From positions 512,001 to 576,000 of the forward strand of contig CAWGVS010000010.1 of NCBI GenBank assembly GCA_963826115.1: a stretch of 64,000 nt of DNA, written 5' to 3'. Position numbers and translations under genes: made by a program. The notes beneath the pieces were generated by a model. That model saw nothing but the letters and a program-made list of their open reading frames with translations, searched no databases and had not been told where the DNA came from. Below, one piece after another: positions 43,628-52,998 of the stretch. Source of the DNA: an uncultured Candidatus Rokubacteria bacterium. Lineage in GTDB: Bacteria; Methylomirabilota; Methylomirabilia; Rokubacteriales; DASRDR01. Positions within the stretch are counted from its first letter, which is position 1. Each line of letters opens with the position of its first letter.

Positions 43628-44740
43628 ATGACGGTCAAGCTGGGCATGTTCATGATGCCGTTCCACCCCTACGACCGGGACTACGGGGCCGTCCTCGCGG
43701 AGGACCAGGAGGCGATCGTCCTCGCGGACCGCCTCGGCTTCACCGAGGCCTTCGTGGGCGAGCACTTCTCGTCCCTCAGCGAGCCCATCACGTCGCCGCT
43801 GATCTTCCTGGCCACGCTCGCGTCGCGCACCGAGCGCATCGTCTTCGGGACCGGCGTGCTGAATCTTCCCCAGATGCACCCGGCCGCAGTGGCGGGCTAC
43901 GCGGCGATGTTCGACCACCTGTGCCGCGGGCGCTTCATCATGGGCATCGGTCCCGGGGGCCTCGTGAGCGACTTCGAGCTCTTCGAGGTCGGCCAGGCCG
44001 AGCTCCGGCCCCAGATGATGCAGGAGTCGGTCGACGCGATCCTCCGGCTCTGGACCGAGGACCCGCCCTACGACATCCCGGGGCGGTTCTGGAACATCTC
44101 GCTCAAGAACCACGTGTACCCCGACTTCGGCGTCGGGCGCATCCCGCGGCCGCTCCAGCGGCCGCACCCGCCCATCGCGCTCTCCCTCCTCACGCCGAAC
44201 TCCGCGAGCGCGAAGACGGCCGGCGAGCGCGGATGGATCCCGATCTCGGGGCAGTTCTTCCACCGGCGCTACCTGCGTGGCCACTGGGAGAAGTACGCGG
44301 AGGGCTGCGAGGCGGCGGGCCGGCGGCCGGACCCCGACGTCTGGCGCGTCTCGCGGAGCGTGCTCGTGACGGACACCGACGCGGAGGCCGAGGACTACCT
44401 CGCCGACCCCGCGGGCGGGCTCAACTACTACTACAAGTGGTTCCTGTTCTCCTTCGGGACGCTCCGGAAGGCCCTGTTCATGGTGAAGGCCCAGCTCGAG
44501 ATGCCGGACGAGGACGTGACGGTGGACGCGATCAAGCGGACCCTGATCATCGCCGGCGGCCCGCGCCGGGTCCTGGACCAGCTCGTGGCGCTCCGCGAGG
44601 AGACGGGCCACTTCGGGACGCTCCTGATGGGCGGCCACGACTGGGACCGACCCGCGCTCTGGCGCCGCTCGATGGAGCTCCTGGCGACCGAGGTGATGCC
44701 GAAGTTCTCGCGTCACGCCGCCGCGCGCCGGGCGACCTGA
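43628..44740 (+). CDS. LLM-class flavin-dependent oxidoreductase
   Basis: KLGMFMMPFHP, GFTEAFVGEH, FGTGVLNLP, GRFIMGIGPG. Confidence 0.92.
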   Translation: MTVKLGMFMMPFHPYDRDYGAVLAEDQEAIVLADRLGFTEAFVGEHFSSLSEPITSPLIFLATLASRTERIVFGTGVLNLPQMHPAAVAGYAAMFDHLCRGRFIMGIGPGGLVSDFELFEVGQAELRPQMMQESVDAILRLWTEDPPYDIPGRFWNISLKNHVYPDFGVGRIPRPLQRPHPPIALSLLTPNSASAKTAGERGWIPISGQFFHRRYLRGHWEKYAEGCEAAGRRPDPDVWRVSRSVLVTDTDAEAEDYLADPAGGLNYYYKWFLFSFGTLRKALFMVKAQLEMPDEDVTVDAIKRTLIIAGGPRRVLDQLVALREETGHFGTLLMGGHDWDRPALWRRSMELLATEVMPKFSRHAAARRAT

Positions 44741-44960
44741 CGCGCCGGCTGATCGCGGCCCTCGCGGGGCGGCTGGCGGCCCGGCACCGTGGGATCACGC
44801 TCACGCCCGTGCTGCTCCGGCGTCACACGGCCGGCGACGGCGCGGCCCCGGACGGCCGCGTCGCATCCGCCGGGACCCGCGAGTCGATGAGCCGCGGGGC
44901 CGGACGTCGCTATCATAGGAGCGTGATCGCGCGACGCCGTCGCATCGTTCCGGCCGGATC

Positions 44961-47900
44961 GTGTACCTAGATCGCGAGCTCTGGCAGTTCACCGCGGGAG
45001 TCCGGACCCGCATCTTCGCCACCGTTCTCCTGGGCCTCCTGGCCGTGTCCGCCGGGATCGCGCGGCTCGCCCTCTTGGGCTGGCTCCTCGGGCGCGTGCT
45101 GGCGGGCACCCCGCTGCCCGCCCTGATCGGACCGGTCTCCGCAGTGGCGCTCGCGATCGGCCTCCGGGGCGGGCTCGACTACGCGCGCGCGATGGTCGCC
45201 CACGGCACGGCGGCCCGGGTCCAGGCCCGCCTGCGGGAGATGGTGCACGCGCACGTCCTCGGTGTGGGCCCGGCGCACTTCACGGCCACGCGGACCGGTG
45301 ACGTCATCCTGTCCGTGGTCGAGGGGGTGCAGCAGCTCGAGGTGTACTTCGGCCAGTACCTGCCCCAGCTGGGCGTGGCCGCGCTGACGCCGGTGCTGAT
45401 CTTCGCCTGCATGGCGTGGCTCGACTTGCCGATCGCGCTCGTCCTGCTCGGCGCCGCGCTGGTGACGCTCCTGGCGCCGGGTTTCTGGCACCGGTGGGAC
45501 AGCTCCCGCAGTCTCGCCCGGCAGCGCGCCTACAGCCGGTTCGGGGCCGAGTTCCTGGACGCGCTCCAGGGGCTGGGCACGCTGAAGGCGTTCGGCCAGA
45601 GCGGCGCCCGCGCCGAGCTCCTGGCCCGGCGGAGCAGCGAGCTGTTTCGCGCGACGATGGGCGTCCTCGGGACGAACACGCTGGCACGCGGCATCACGGA
45701 CGTGGGCATCGCCCTCGGCGCGGCCGTTGCGCTCAGCTGGGGCGTGTATCGCGTTCGCGCGGGCGTCATGCCCCTCGAGACCTTGCTGGTGATCCTCATG
45801 CTGGGCGTCGAGGTGTTTCGCCCGCTGCGGGACCTCCGCGTGCTGCTCCATCAGGGCATGCTGGGGCTCTCGGCCGCGCGCGGCGTCATGGGCCTGCTGG
45901 CGATCCGGGCGACGGTCCGTGACGGGCCGGGCGTCGGCGCCGGCGCCACCACGGCCCCGACGGTGGCGTTCGAGGACGTGACGTTTGGCTATCCGGGAGG
46001 CCGGAGACCGACGCACGAGCGCCTTGCCTTCGCCGTGGGCGCGGGTGAGCGGGTCGCCATCGTCGGACCGAGCGGCTCGGGGAAGTCGACCGTGGCCCGG
46101 CTCCTGCTGCGCTTCCACGATCCCCAGCGGGGCCGCGTCGTCGTGGGCGGCCGGGACATCCGGGACTTGCCGCTGGCCGACCTGCGCGCGCTCATGGCGG
46201 TCGTCCACCAGGACACGTATCTGTTCCACGGCACCGTGGCCGAGAACCTGCGCATGGGCCGGCCGGAGGCGACCGTCGCCGAGCTCGAGGCGGCGGCGCG
46301 GGAGGCTCACGCCCACGAATTCATCGTCCGGCTGCCGCAGGGCTACGAGACCGTCGTCGGGGAGCGCGGCGTGCGGCTGTCGGGCGGGCAACGGCAGCGC
46401 ATCGCCATCGCCCGGGCTCTCCTGCGCGGCGCGCCGATCCTGATCCTCGACGAGGCGCTGTCGTCCGTCGATACCGAGAGCGAGGCCCTCATCCAGACCG
46501 CGCTCGACCGGCTCATGGCCGGCCGCACCACCTTGATCTTCGCGCACCGCCTGTCGAGCGTCATCGGCGCCGACCGGATCCTCGTGCTGGAGGACGGCCG
46601 CATCGTCGAGAGCGGACGACACGCCGAGTTGCTCGGGCTCGGGGGCGCCTACTGGCGGCTGATGGCCGGGCAGGTGGGCGAGCGCGGTGCGGACGAGGAG
46701 CGGATCGAGCCGCGAACGGCCGCGTCGGCGCCGGCGGCGCCCGACGGGGCGGAGACGCGGTCCGGGCCCGCCGAGGACATCGTGCCCGCCGGAGGCGTCC
46801 TCGGATGGGCGCGCGTGCTGTCCACCCTCCTGGGTTTGAGCCGCGGCTACCGCGGGCGCCTGGTGGTCACGTTCCTCCTCGGGGTGGCGCGGGTGGCGGC
46901 GCTGATCGGGGTCGGCGTAGTGAGCGCCCTCGCCGTGCTCGCCGTCAGGCGTGGCGCGCCGGTGGGCGGATGGATCGCGGCCCTCCTCGTCGTCGCGCCC
47001 CTGGCCGGGCTCCTGCACTGGCTCGAGTCGTGGCTCGCCCATGACGTCGCGTACCGCCTCCTGGCCGACATGCGGCTCCGGCTCTTCTCCGCGCTCGACG
47101 CCCTGGCGCCCGCGTACCTGACGCGCCGGCGGACGGGGGACCTCGTCGGGGTGGCGACGCACGACGTCGAGCTCGTCGAGTACTTCTTTGCGCACACGAT
47201 CGCGCCCGCCTTTGTCGGGGTCCTCGTGCCCGCGGTGGTGCTGGGCGTGCTCCTGGCCTACGGGTGGCCGATGGCCCTCGTCCTGGCGCCGTTCCTCGTC
47301 TACGTCGCGCTCGGCCCGGTGTTGGCGCGCGCCCGCATCGACCGGCTGGGCGCGCAGGCGCGGGAAGCGGCCGGATCGCTCAACGCGCACGCCGTCGACT
47401 CGATCCAGGGGCTCGCGGAAGTGGCCGCGTTCCAGCAGGAGGCGCGCCGCGACCGGGAGTTCGCGTCGCGCGCTCGCGCCTACGCGCAGGCCCGGATGCC
47501 GTTCCTCCGGGACCTCGCGCGGCAGGGCGCCCTGCAGGAGATCGCGACCGGGCTGGGCGGTCTCGCCGTCGCGGTCACGGGAGCGGCGCTGGCCGGGCGC
47601 GGCGCGCTCGAACCGGGGATCGTGCCCCTGCTCACGCTCCTCGCGCTGTCCGCGTTCGTCCCGGTGTGGGAGATCGCCCAGGTCGGCCGCCAGCTCGCGG
47701 ACACGTTCGCCGCGACCCAGCGACTGCACGCCATCCACGCGGAGCCGGTCACCGTCACCGACGGACCGGGCGTGTCGCCGGCCGTGACGGACCCGCCCGC
47801 GCCGGCCCTCGAGATGGCCCACGTGCGCTTCACGTACCCCGGCCGCCGCCGGCCGGCGCTCGATGGCGTGTCCCTGTCCGTGCCCGCCGGCGGCACCGTC

Positions 47901-48548
47901 GCGCTCGTCGGACCGTCGGGCGCGGGGAAGACGACCGTCGCGAGCCTCTTCCTGCGGTTCTGGGACCCGACCGTGGGCGTGGTCCGTCTCTTCGGCCACG
48001 ACCTCCGGCAGTACCGGCTCGACGAGCTGCGGAGCCGGATCGCGCTCGTCGCCCAGGACACCTACCTGTTCAACGACACGCTCGGCGCGAACATCCGGCT
48101 GGCCCGTCCGGCCGCCTCCGACGCCGAGGTTGCGGCGGCCGTGGAGCGCGCGGCGCTCCGGGAGTTCGTCGCGTCGCTGCCCGACGGCCTGGACACGGTG
48201 GTGGGGGAGCGCGGCGCGCAGCTCTCGGGAGGGCAGCGCCAGCGCGTGGCCATCGCCCGCGCGTTCCTCAAGGACGCGCCGGTCCTCATTCTCGACGAAG
48301 CGACCTCCCACCTCGACGCGGTCAGCGAGCACGCCGTCCGCAGCGCGCTCGCCCGCCTGGCGCAGGGGCGGACCACCGTGGTCATCGCGCATCGCCTCTC
48401 GACCGTGCGGGACGCCGATCAGATCCTGGTCTTCGACGAGGGTCGCCTCGTCGACGCCGGGACGCACCAAGATCTGATGGCGAAGAGCGCGCTGTACCGG
48501 CGCCTCGTCGCCCGCCAGGGCGGCGCGGCCCTCGTCGCTCGCAGCTGA
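44961..48548 (+). CDS. Single-chain type IV ABC transporter (TMD-NBD-TMD-NBD; CydDC/IrtAB-like halves)
   Basis: Two TMDs; NBD1 GPSGSGKS/LSGGQRQR/ILDEA; NBD2 GPSGAGKT/LSGGQRQR/ILDEATS; Ala/Pro-rich linker. Confidence 0.92.
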   Translation: MYLDRELWQFTAGVRTRIFATVLLGLLAVSAGIARLALLGWLLGRVLAGTPLPALIGPVSAVALAIGLRGGLDYARAMVAHGTAARVQARLREMVHAHVLGVGPAHFTATRTGDVILSVVEGVQQLEVYFGQYLPQLGVAALTPVLIFACMAWLDLPIALVLLGAALVTLLAPGFWHRWDSSRSLARQRAYSRFGAEFLDALQGLGTLKAFGQSGARAELLARRSSELFRATMGVLGTNTLARGITDVGIALGAAVALSWGVYRVRAGVMPLETLLVILMLGVEVFRPLRDLRVLLHQGMLGLSAARGVMGLLAIRATVRDGPGVGAGATTAPTVAFEDVTFGYPGGRRPTHERLAFAVGAGERVAIVGPSGSGKSTVARLLLRFHDPQRGRVVVGGRDIRDLPLADLRALMAVVHQDTYLFHGTVAENLRMGRPEATVAELEAAAREAHAHEFIVRLPQGYETVVGERGVRLSGGQRQRIAIARALLRGAPILILDEALSSVDTESEALIQTALDRLMAGRTTLIFAHRLSSVIGADRILVLEDGRIVESGRHAELLGLGGAYWRLMAGQVGERGADEERIEPRTAASAPAAPDGAETRSGPAEDIVPAGGVLGWARVLSTLLGLSRGYRGRLVVTFLLGVARVAALIGVGVVSALAVLAVRRGAPVGGWIAALLVVAPLAGLLHWLESWLAHDVAYRLLADMRLRLFSALDALAPAYLTRRRTGDLVGVATHDVELVEYFFAHTIAPAFVGVLVPAVVLGVLLAYGWPMALVLAPFLVYVALGPVLARARIDRLGAQAREAAGSLNAHAVDSIQGLAEVAAFQQEARRDREFASRARAYAQARMPFLRDLARQGALQEIATGLGGLAVAVTGAALAGRGALEPGIVPLLTLLALSAFVPVWEIAQVGRQLADTFAATQRLHAIHAEPVTVTDGPGVSPAVTDPPAPALEMAHVRFTYPGRRRPALDGVSLSVPAGGTVALVGPSGAGKTTVASLFLRFWDPTVGVVRLFGHDLRQYRLDELRSRIALVAQDTYLFNDTLGANIRLARPAASDAEVAAAVERAALREFVASLPDGLDTVVGERGAQLSGGQRQRVAIARAFLKDAPVLILDEATSHLDAVSEHAVRSALARLAQGRTTVVIAHRLSTVRDADQILVFDEGRLVDAGTHQDLMAKSALYRRLVARQGGAALVARS

Positions 48549-48753
48549 CCGGAGTCCCGCGCGCCGCTGCCGCCTCGCGAGGCCGGCGATGTGCCCGGAC
48601 GCCTCGGTTCAGCGTGCCGCTCCTGACGCCGGGGACGCGATCGGGCTAGAGATTTCGGGCTGGGGCTCTCGAGACGCACGCCGGAAGCGCGGAAGGCCCG
48701 ACGGACTCGGGGCGGTCATGCGCCGAGATCGGGCCGCCGGCTGGAGGCGACGG

Positions 48754-49923
48754 TCAGGGCGCGGGACCAGTGCGGCGGCCGGCGCTCCTCCGGGCGATGC
48801 GCCGCCAGGCCGCCATCGAGAGCCGCGACAGTTGCCCGCGAACGAGCCAGCTCGCCCCGAGCTGCGCCTCGAGCGCGATGACGCGACGGCGCTCCGACTC
48901 GAGCCGAGCCGACGTCTCCAGGAGCGCGCGTTGCAGGACGTCCTTCGCGGGCTCGGCGTTGGCGGCAGTGTCCTTGCCCGCTTCCTCCGCCGCCACGTCG
49001 AGATGCCGCAGGATCCCGCCGATGTCCTTCGGCGAGAAGCAGTTCCGCCCGAGGAAGTACGCGAGATAGCGGTCGACGAGATCGACGTCGTGCTCGTGCG
49101 ACGGGGCGAATGCCGCTGCGATGTCGTCCAGCGTCTGGAGCCGACGCGTGACCGTCTCGTACTCGCTGCCGCCGAACGTGTAGACCGGCCGATGATGGAT
49201 CAGCGCCTCGAACCCCACGCCGGAGTTCGCCACGAGTACAGCGTCGCACGCGGGGAGGATCGCGTGTATCGACGCGTCCGTCCGCCGGACGTATTCGTTG
49301 CCGGCAACGACCCGCGCGATGGCCTCGGTGACCCGCTCGTTCGTGCACTGGGGATGGCGCTTGATGACGAGACACTTCCGCGCGCTCCGGGCGAGGGAGC
49401 TCGCCTTCTCGAGGACGTCGAGCGTGGGGAGCCGCTGCAGCGCGACGACGGTGTCGTCGAGAAGCTGGAGGGGAAAGAAGACGAAGGGTCCCGGTGGCGC
49501 GAAGGCCTGGCCGGCCTGCCGGTGCTTCGAGATGTTTCCTGCGACGAGCGTTCGGCGAAGCTCGTGGACGAATGAACGCGCGACATCGACGTCGACCTGG
49601 CCGATCGACGCACTGAAGCGGGCAGGATGGCGGCCGATCTCCGCCCAGCCGGAGAAGCCGTTGCGGTCGAACAGGTAGTACCCGGGGATGGCCGCGTCCT
49701 TCACGCGCCAGACGTTGGGTTCCTCGCCGACGGAGTGCCACGCGATCCGAAATCCGGAGCGCGGCGACCGTCGCGCCGCGAAGGTAGCCCGCGTCGACGA
49801 GGGCTCGAAGGCCACGTCGAGATCACGCTGCGCGAGAGCCTCGCACAGACGCGCGAGCATGTAGGGGTAGGTGTCCCGATGATTCTCGATCTCCCAGGGA
49901 TCCACCTCCAGAGTGACCTTCAT
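48754..49923 (-). CDS. Capsular polysaccharide synthesis protein (KpsS/KpsC-like glycosyltransferase)
   Basis: ISKHRQ, FVFFPLQLLDD, LVIKRHP, VANSGVGFEAL..RPVYTFG; coiled-coil C-terminus; start inferred. Confidence 0.75.
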   Translation of the reverse strand: MKVTLEVDPWEIENHRDTYPYMLARLCEALAQRDLDVAFEPSSTRATFAARRSPRSGFRIAWHSVGEEPNVWRVKDAAIPGYYLFDRNGFSGWAEIGRHPARFSASIGQVDVDVARSFVHELRRTLVAGNISKHRQAGQAFAPPGPFVFFPLQLLDDTVVALQRLPTLDVLEKASSLARSARKCLVIKRHPQCTNERVTEAIARVVAGNEYVRRTDASIHAILPACDAVLVANSGVGFEALIHHRPVYTFGGSEYETVTRRLQTLDDIAAAFAPSHEHDVDLVDRYLAYFLGRNCFSPKDIGGILRHLDVAAEEAGKDTAANAEPAKDVLQRALLETSARLESERRRVIALEAQLGASWLVRGQLSRLSMAAWRRIARRSAGRRTGPAP

Positions 49924-50160
49924 GCCCGGGGCTCGGTGGTGGCCCCGGTGGGCACCCAGGGAGGACCGGAGCGGCCGGGCCCGACACCGGGCCACGTCAT
50001 CGGCGACCTCGCCGCGTGGGATCACACATTGGGGTATCCACTCCGATGGAGAGTGGGGACGCAACATGATAGCTGGCGGGGCCTCACGGCGGAAGCCGAA
50101 ACGGCCGGGGCGAGATCGACTCGCGGTGGCTCGTGCCGAGGCCCAGCACGAGCCGGCCCG

Positions 50161-50289
50161 GTCGCGCCCGACTGGCGAGAGGCGCTCGACCGGATGCGCG
50201 GCTCGGTGGTCTTCTACGCCGGCTTCTTCACGCGCTACAACCGGCCGCTGGCCGAGAGCGGGTTTGCCGACGCCTCGCGCGCCATGGAT
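50161..50289 (+). pseudogene. Short internal fragment resembling an LLM/F420-dependent oxidoreductase
   Basis: VAPDWREALDRMRGSVVFYAGFFTRYNRPLAESGFADA, without start or flanking homology. Confidence 0.4.
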
Positions 50290-50359
50290 GGCGTGTGCCC
50301 CGGAATTGCGGTACAAGAATCCTCGTGGAAGCCCCCGGGCGTCTTCCTGAGGTCTAGCC

Positions 50360-51190
50360 ATGGCGCGCATCATCGGCGGGATCGGCACGTCGCACGTCCC
50401 CACCATCGCGATGGCCTTCGACCGGGGGAAGCAGGAGGACCCGGACTGGCAGCCCCTGTTCCAGGGCTACGCGCCGGTGGCGAGGTGGCTCGCCGAGAAG
50501 AAGCCGGACGTCCTCTTCTTCTGCTTCAACGACCATGCCACGACGTTCTTCTTCGACCACTACCCGACGTTCGCGCTCGGCGTGAGCGACGAGTACCGCA
50601 TCGCGGACGAGGGCACGGGGGTGCGCAAGATCCCGCCGCTCCGGGGCCACGCGGCGCTCTCGCGGCACATCGCGCGGTCCCTGGTCGACGACGAGTTCGA
50701 CCTGACCATCTTCCAGGACCTGCCGCTCGATCACGGCCTCCACTCGCCGCTCACGATGATGTGGCCGTCCCAGCCCGACTGGCCGGGGCGCGTCGTGCCG
50801 CTGGTGGTGAACGTGCTCCAGCATCCGCTGCCCAAGCCGAGCCGCTGCTACAAGCTCGGCAAGGCCATCGGCAAGGCGATCCGGTCCTATCCCGAGGACC
50901 TCACGGTGGCGATGGTCGGGACCGGAGGCCTCTCGCACCAGATGATCGGCGAGCGCGCCGGCTTCAACGACGAGGCATGGGACCGGGAGTTCCTCGACCT
51001 GATCGACCGCGACCCGGAGCGCCTGGCGCGAATGAGCGTCGAGGACTTCGCGCGCCGGGGCGGCAACGAGGGCGCCGAGGTGATCATGTGGCTCGTCATG
51101 CGCGGCGCGCTGGACGACGGCGCGCGCAAGGTGCACGAGAACTACTACCTTCCCATGACCACCGCGATGGCGGTCGCCCTGTTCGAATGA
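50360..51190 (+). CDS. ligB: LigB-type extradiol dioxygenase catalytic subunit (gallate/protocatechuate 4,5-dioxygenase beta-like)
   Basis: GTSHVPTI, FNDH, LDHG, GTGGLSHQ, GNEGAEVIMW. Confidence 0.9.
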   Translation: MARIIGGIGTSHVPTIAMAFDRGKQEDPDWQPLFQGYAPVARWLAEKKPDVLFFCFNDHATTFFFDHYPTFALGVSDEYRIADEGTGVRKIPPLRGHAALSRHIARSLVDDEFDLTIFQDLPLDHGLHSPLTMMWPSQPDWPGRVVPLVVNVLQHPLPKPSRCYKLGKAIGKAIRSYPEDLTVAMVGTGGLSHQMIGERAGFNDEAWDREFLDLIDRDPERLARMSVEDFARRGGNEGAEVIMWLVMRGALDDGARKVHENYYLPMTTAMAVALFE

Positions 51191-51504
51191 GGTACGTGTT
51201 CGACCTGGAGCGAAGCGGCCGGGGGCTCCGGCTCAACCGCTTCCTTCACGACCTGGTCGTGAGCGAGAAGCGCAAGGCGTTCCTGGAGGACCCCGAGTCC
51301 GCCATGCGGAGCCTGACCGACGAGGAGAAGGACATGGTGCGCCGCCTGGACTGGAAGGCGCTGCAGGACTACGGCGCGAGCTTCTTCTGCCTGGAGAAGC
51401 TTGCGCGCACCCGGGGCGTGTCGAACCCCGAGATGGTGGCGGCGTTCCGCGGGGAGACGCTCGAGGAGTTCCTGAAGACCCGCCGGGTCCCCGGAGCGCG
51501 CTGA
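51187..51504 (+). CDS. ligA: LigA-like small subunit (resembles the gallate dioxygenase C-terminal domain)
   Basis: ATGA overlap; FDLERS..LRLNRFL, LTDEEK, GASFFCLEKL, AFRGETLEEFLKTR. Confidence 0.82.
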   Translation: MRYVFDLERSGRGLRLNRFLHDLVVSEKRKAFLEDPESAMRSLTDEEKDMVRRLDWKALQDYGASFFCLEKLARTRGVSNPEMVAAFRGETLEEFLKTRRVPGAR

Positions 51505-51505
51505 G

Positions 51506-52195
51506 ATGAACGGGACGGTGGTCCGGAGCATCCATCGGACGGAGGCGGCGACCATCGCCACCCTCGAGCGCCTCGGCGTGGCGACGGTGCACGAGGCCCA
51601 GGGTCGTACCGGTCTGATGCAGCCGTACATGCGCCCGGTGTGGCGCGGCGCGCGGGTCGCCGGCAGCGCGGTCACCGCGCTGTGCCATCCCGGCGACAAC
51701 TGGATGATCCACGTCGCCTGCGAGGTGCTGAAGCCGGGCGACGTGCTGGTCGTCGCGTGCTCCAGCGAGAACACCGACGGCGGGTTCGGCGAGCTGCTGG
51801 CCACCTCCGTCAAGGCGCGCGGCGCCCGGGGCGTGATCCTCGACATGGGCTGCCGCGACGCCGCCGACATCGGCGCGATGAAGTTCCCGGCGTGGTCGCG
51901 CGCGATCTCCGCCAAGGGCACCGTCAAGGCGAGCCTCGGCTGGGTGAACCTGCCGGTGGTGTGCGCCGGCGTGGGCGTGCGCCCGGGCGACGTGGTGGTG
52001 GCGGACGACGACGGCGTGGTGGTCGTGCCCCGCCTCGACGCCGCCAAGGTCGCCAAGGCCGGCGAGGAGCGGGAGAAGAAGGAAGCGGCCAACCGCGCCC
52101 GTCTCGAGAAGGGCGAGCTCGGCCTCGACCTCTACGACATGCGCAAGGGCCTGGCCGAGAAGGGACTCAAGTACATCGACGGTCCGCTGGATTGA
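51506..52195 (+). CDS. ligK: 4-carboxy-4-hydroxy-2-oxoadipate (HMG/CHA) aldolase
   Basis: GVATVHEAQGR, PGDNWMIHVA, FGELLATS, GCRD, GTVKA, ADDDGVV, GELGLD.Y.MR. Confidence 0.93.
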   Translation: MNGTVVRSIHRTEAATIATLERLGVATVHEAQGRTGLMQPYMRPVWRGARVAGSAVTALCHPGDNWMIHVACEVLKPGDVLVVACSSENTDGGFGELLATSVKARGARGVILDMGCRDAADIGAMKFPAWSRAISAKGTVKASLGWVNLPVVCAGVGVRPGDVVVADDDGVVVVPRLDAAKVAKAGEEREKKEAANRARLEKGELGLDLYDMRKGLAEKGLKYIDGPLD

Positions 52196-52998
52196 AAGCG
52201 CTCCTCGGAGACTACCCCGTCACCCGGCAGTTCAAGCAGCGGTCGTCGCTCGAGTTCGCCGACGTCAGGGTCCCCAACACCGCGTTCAAGCGCGTGGTCC
52301 GGGACCTGGAGTTCGACGTCGCCGAGCTGGCGCTCATGACCTTCCTCCTCGCGAAGGCCCACGGGAAGCCCTACCGCCTCCTGCCCGCGGTGCTGACGGC
52401 GCGCTTCCAGCACGCGACGCTCGCCTACAACCCGGCGCGCGGCCCGCTCTCGCCCGACCACCTCGCCGGGAAGCGGGTGGGGATGCGCTCCTACTCGGTG
52501 ACCACCGCGACCTGGGTGCGGGGCATCCTCGCCGACGACTACGGCGTCGACCTGGGGAAGGTCCGCTGGGTGACCCTCGAGGACCCCCATGTCGCGGAGT
52601 TCCGGGACCCGCCGAGCGCGACGCGCCTGCCGCCGGGCACGGACCTGACGACGATGCTGCTGGCCGGCGAGCTCGACGCCGCCATCCTCGCCGAGCCACC
52701 GAAGGAGGGGCCGCTGCGGACCCTGATCCCCGATCCGGCGGCGGCGGCCGCCGCCTGGAAGGCGAAGCACGGCGCCATCCAGATCAACCACATGGTCACG
52801 CTCAAGAGCACGGTCTCCGACTCCCAGGCGCAGCACATCTACGCGGAGCTCGAGCGGAGCCGGGAAGCGGCGGGGAGCCCCGAGATGAACCCGTTCGGGC
52901 TCGAGGCGAACCGCCGGAACCTCGAGGTGGCGATCGACTGCATGTGCCGCCAGGCGATGCTCCCGCGGCGCTTCGCGGTGGAGGAGCTGTTCCGATGA
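52192..52998 (+). CDS. 4,5-dihydroxyphthalate decarboxylase-like (PBP2-fold) protein
   Basis: TTG start overlapping the ligK stop; FDVAELAL, RFQH, GKRVGMRSYSVTT..WVRGIL..YGV, INHMV, PFGLEAN. Confidence 0.72.
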   Translation: MKALLGDYPVTRQFKQRSSLEFADVRVPNTAFKRVVRDLEFDVAELALMTFLLAKAHGKPYRLLPAVLTARFQHATLAYNPARGPLSPDHLAGKRVGMRSYSVTTATWVRGILADDYGVDLGKVRWVTLEDPHVAEFRDPPSATRLPPGTDLTTMLLAGELDAAILAEPPKEGPLRTLIPDPAAAAAAWKAKHGAIQINHMVTLKSTVSDSQAQHIYAELERSREAAGSPEMNPFGLEANRRNLEVAIDCMCRQAMLPRRFAVEELFR

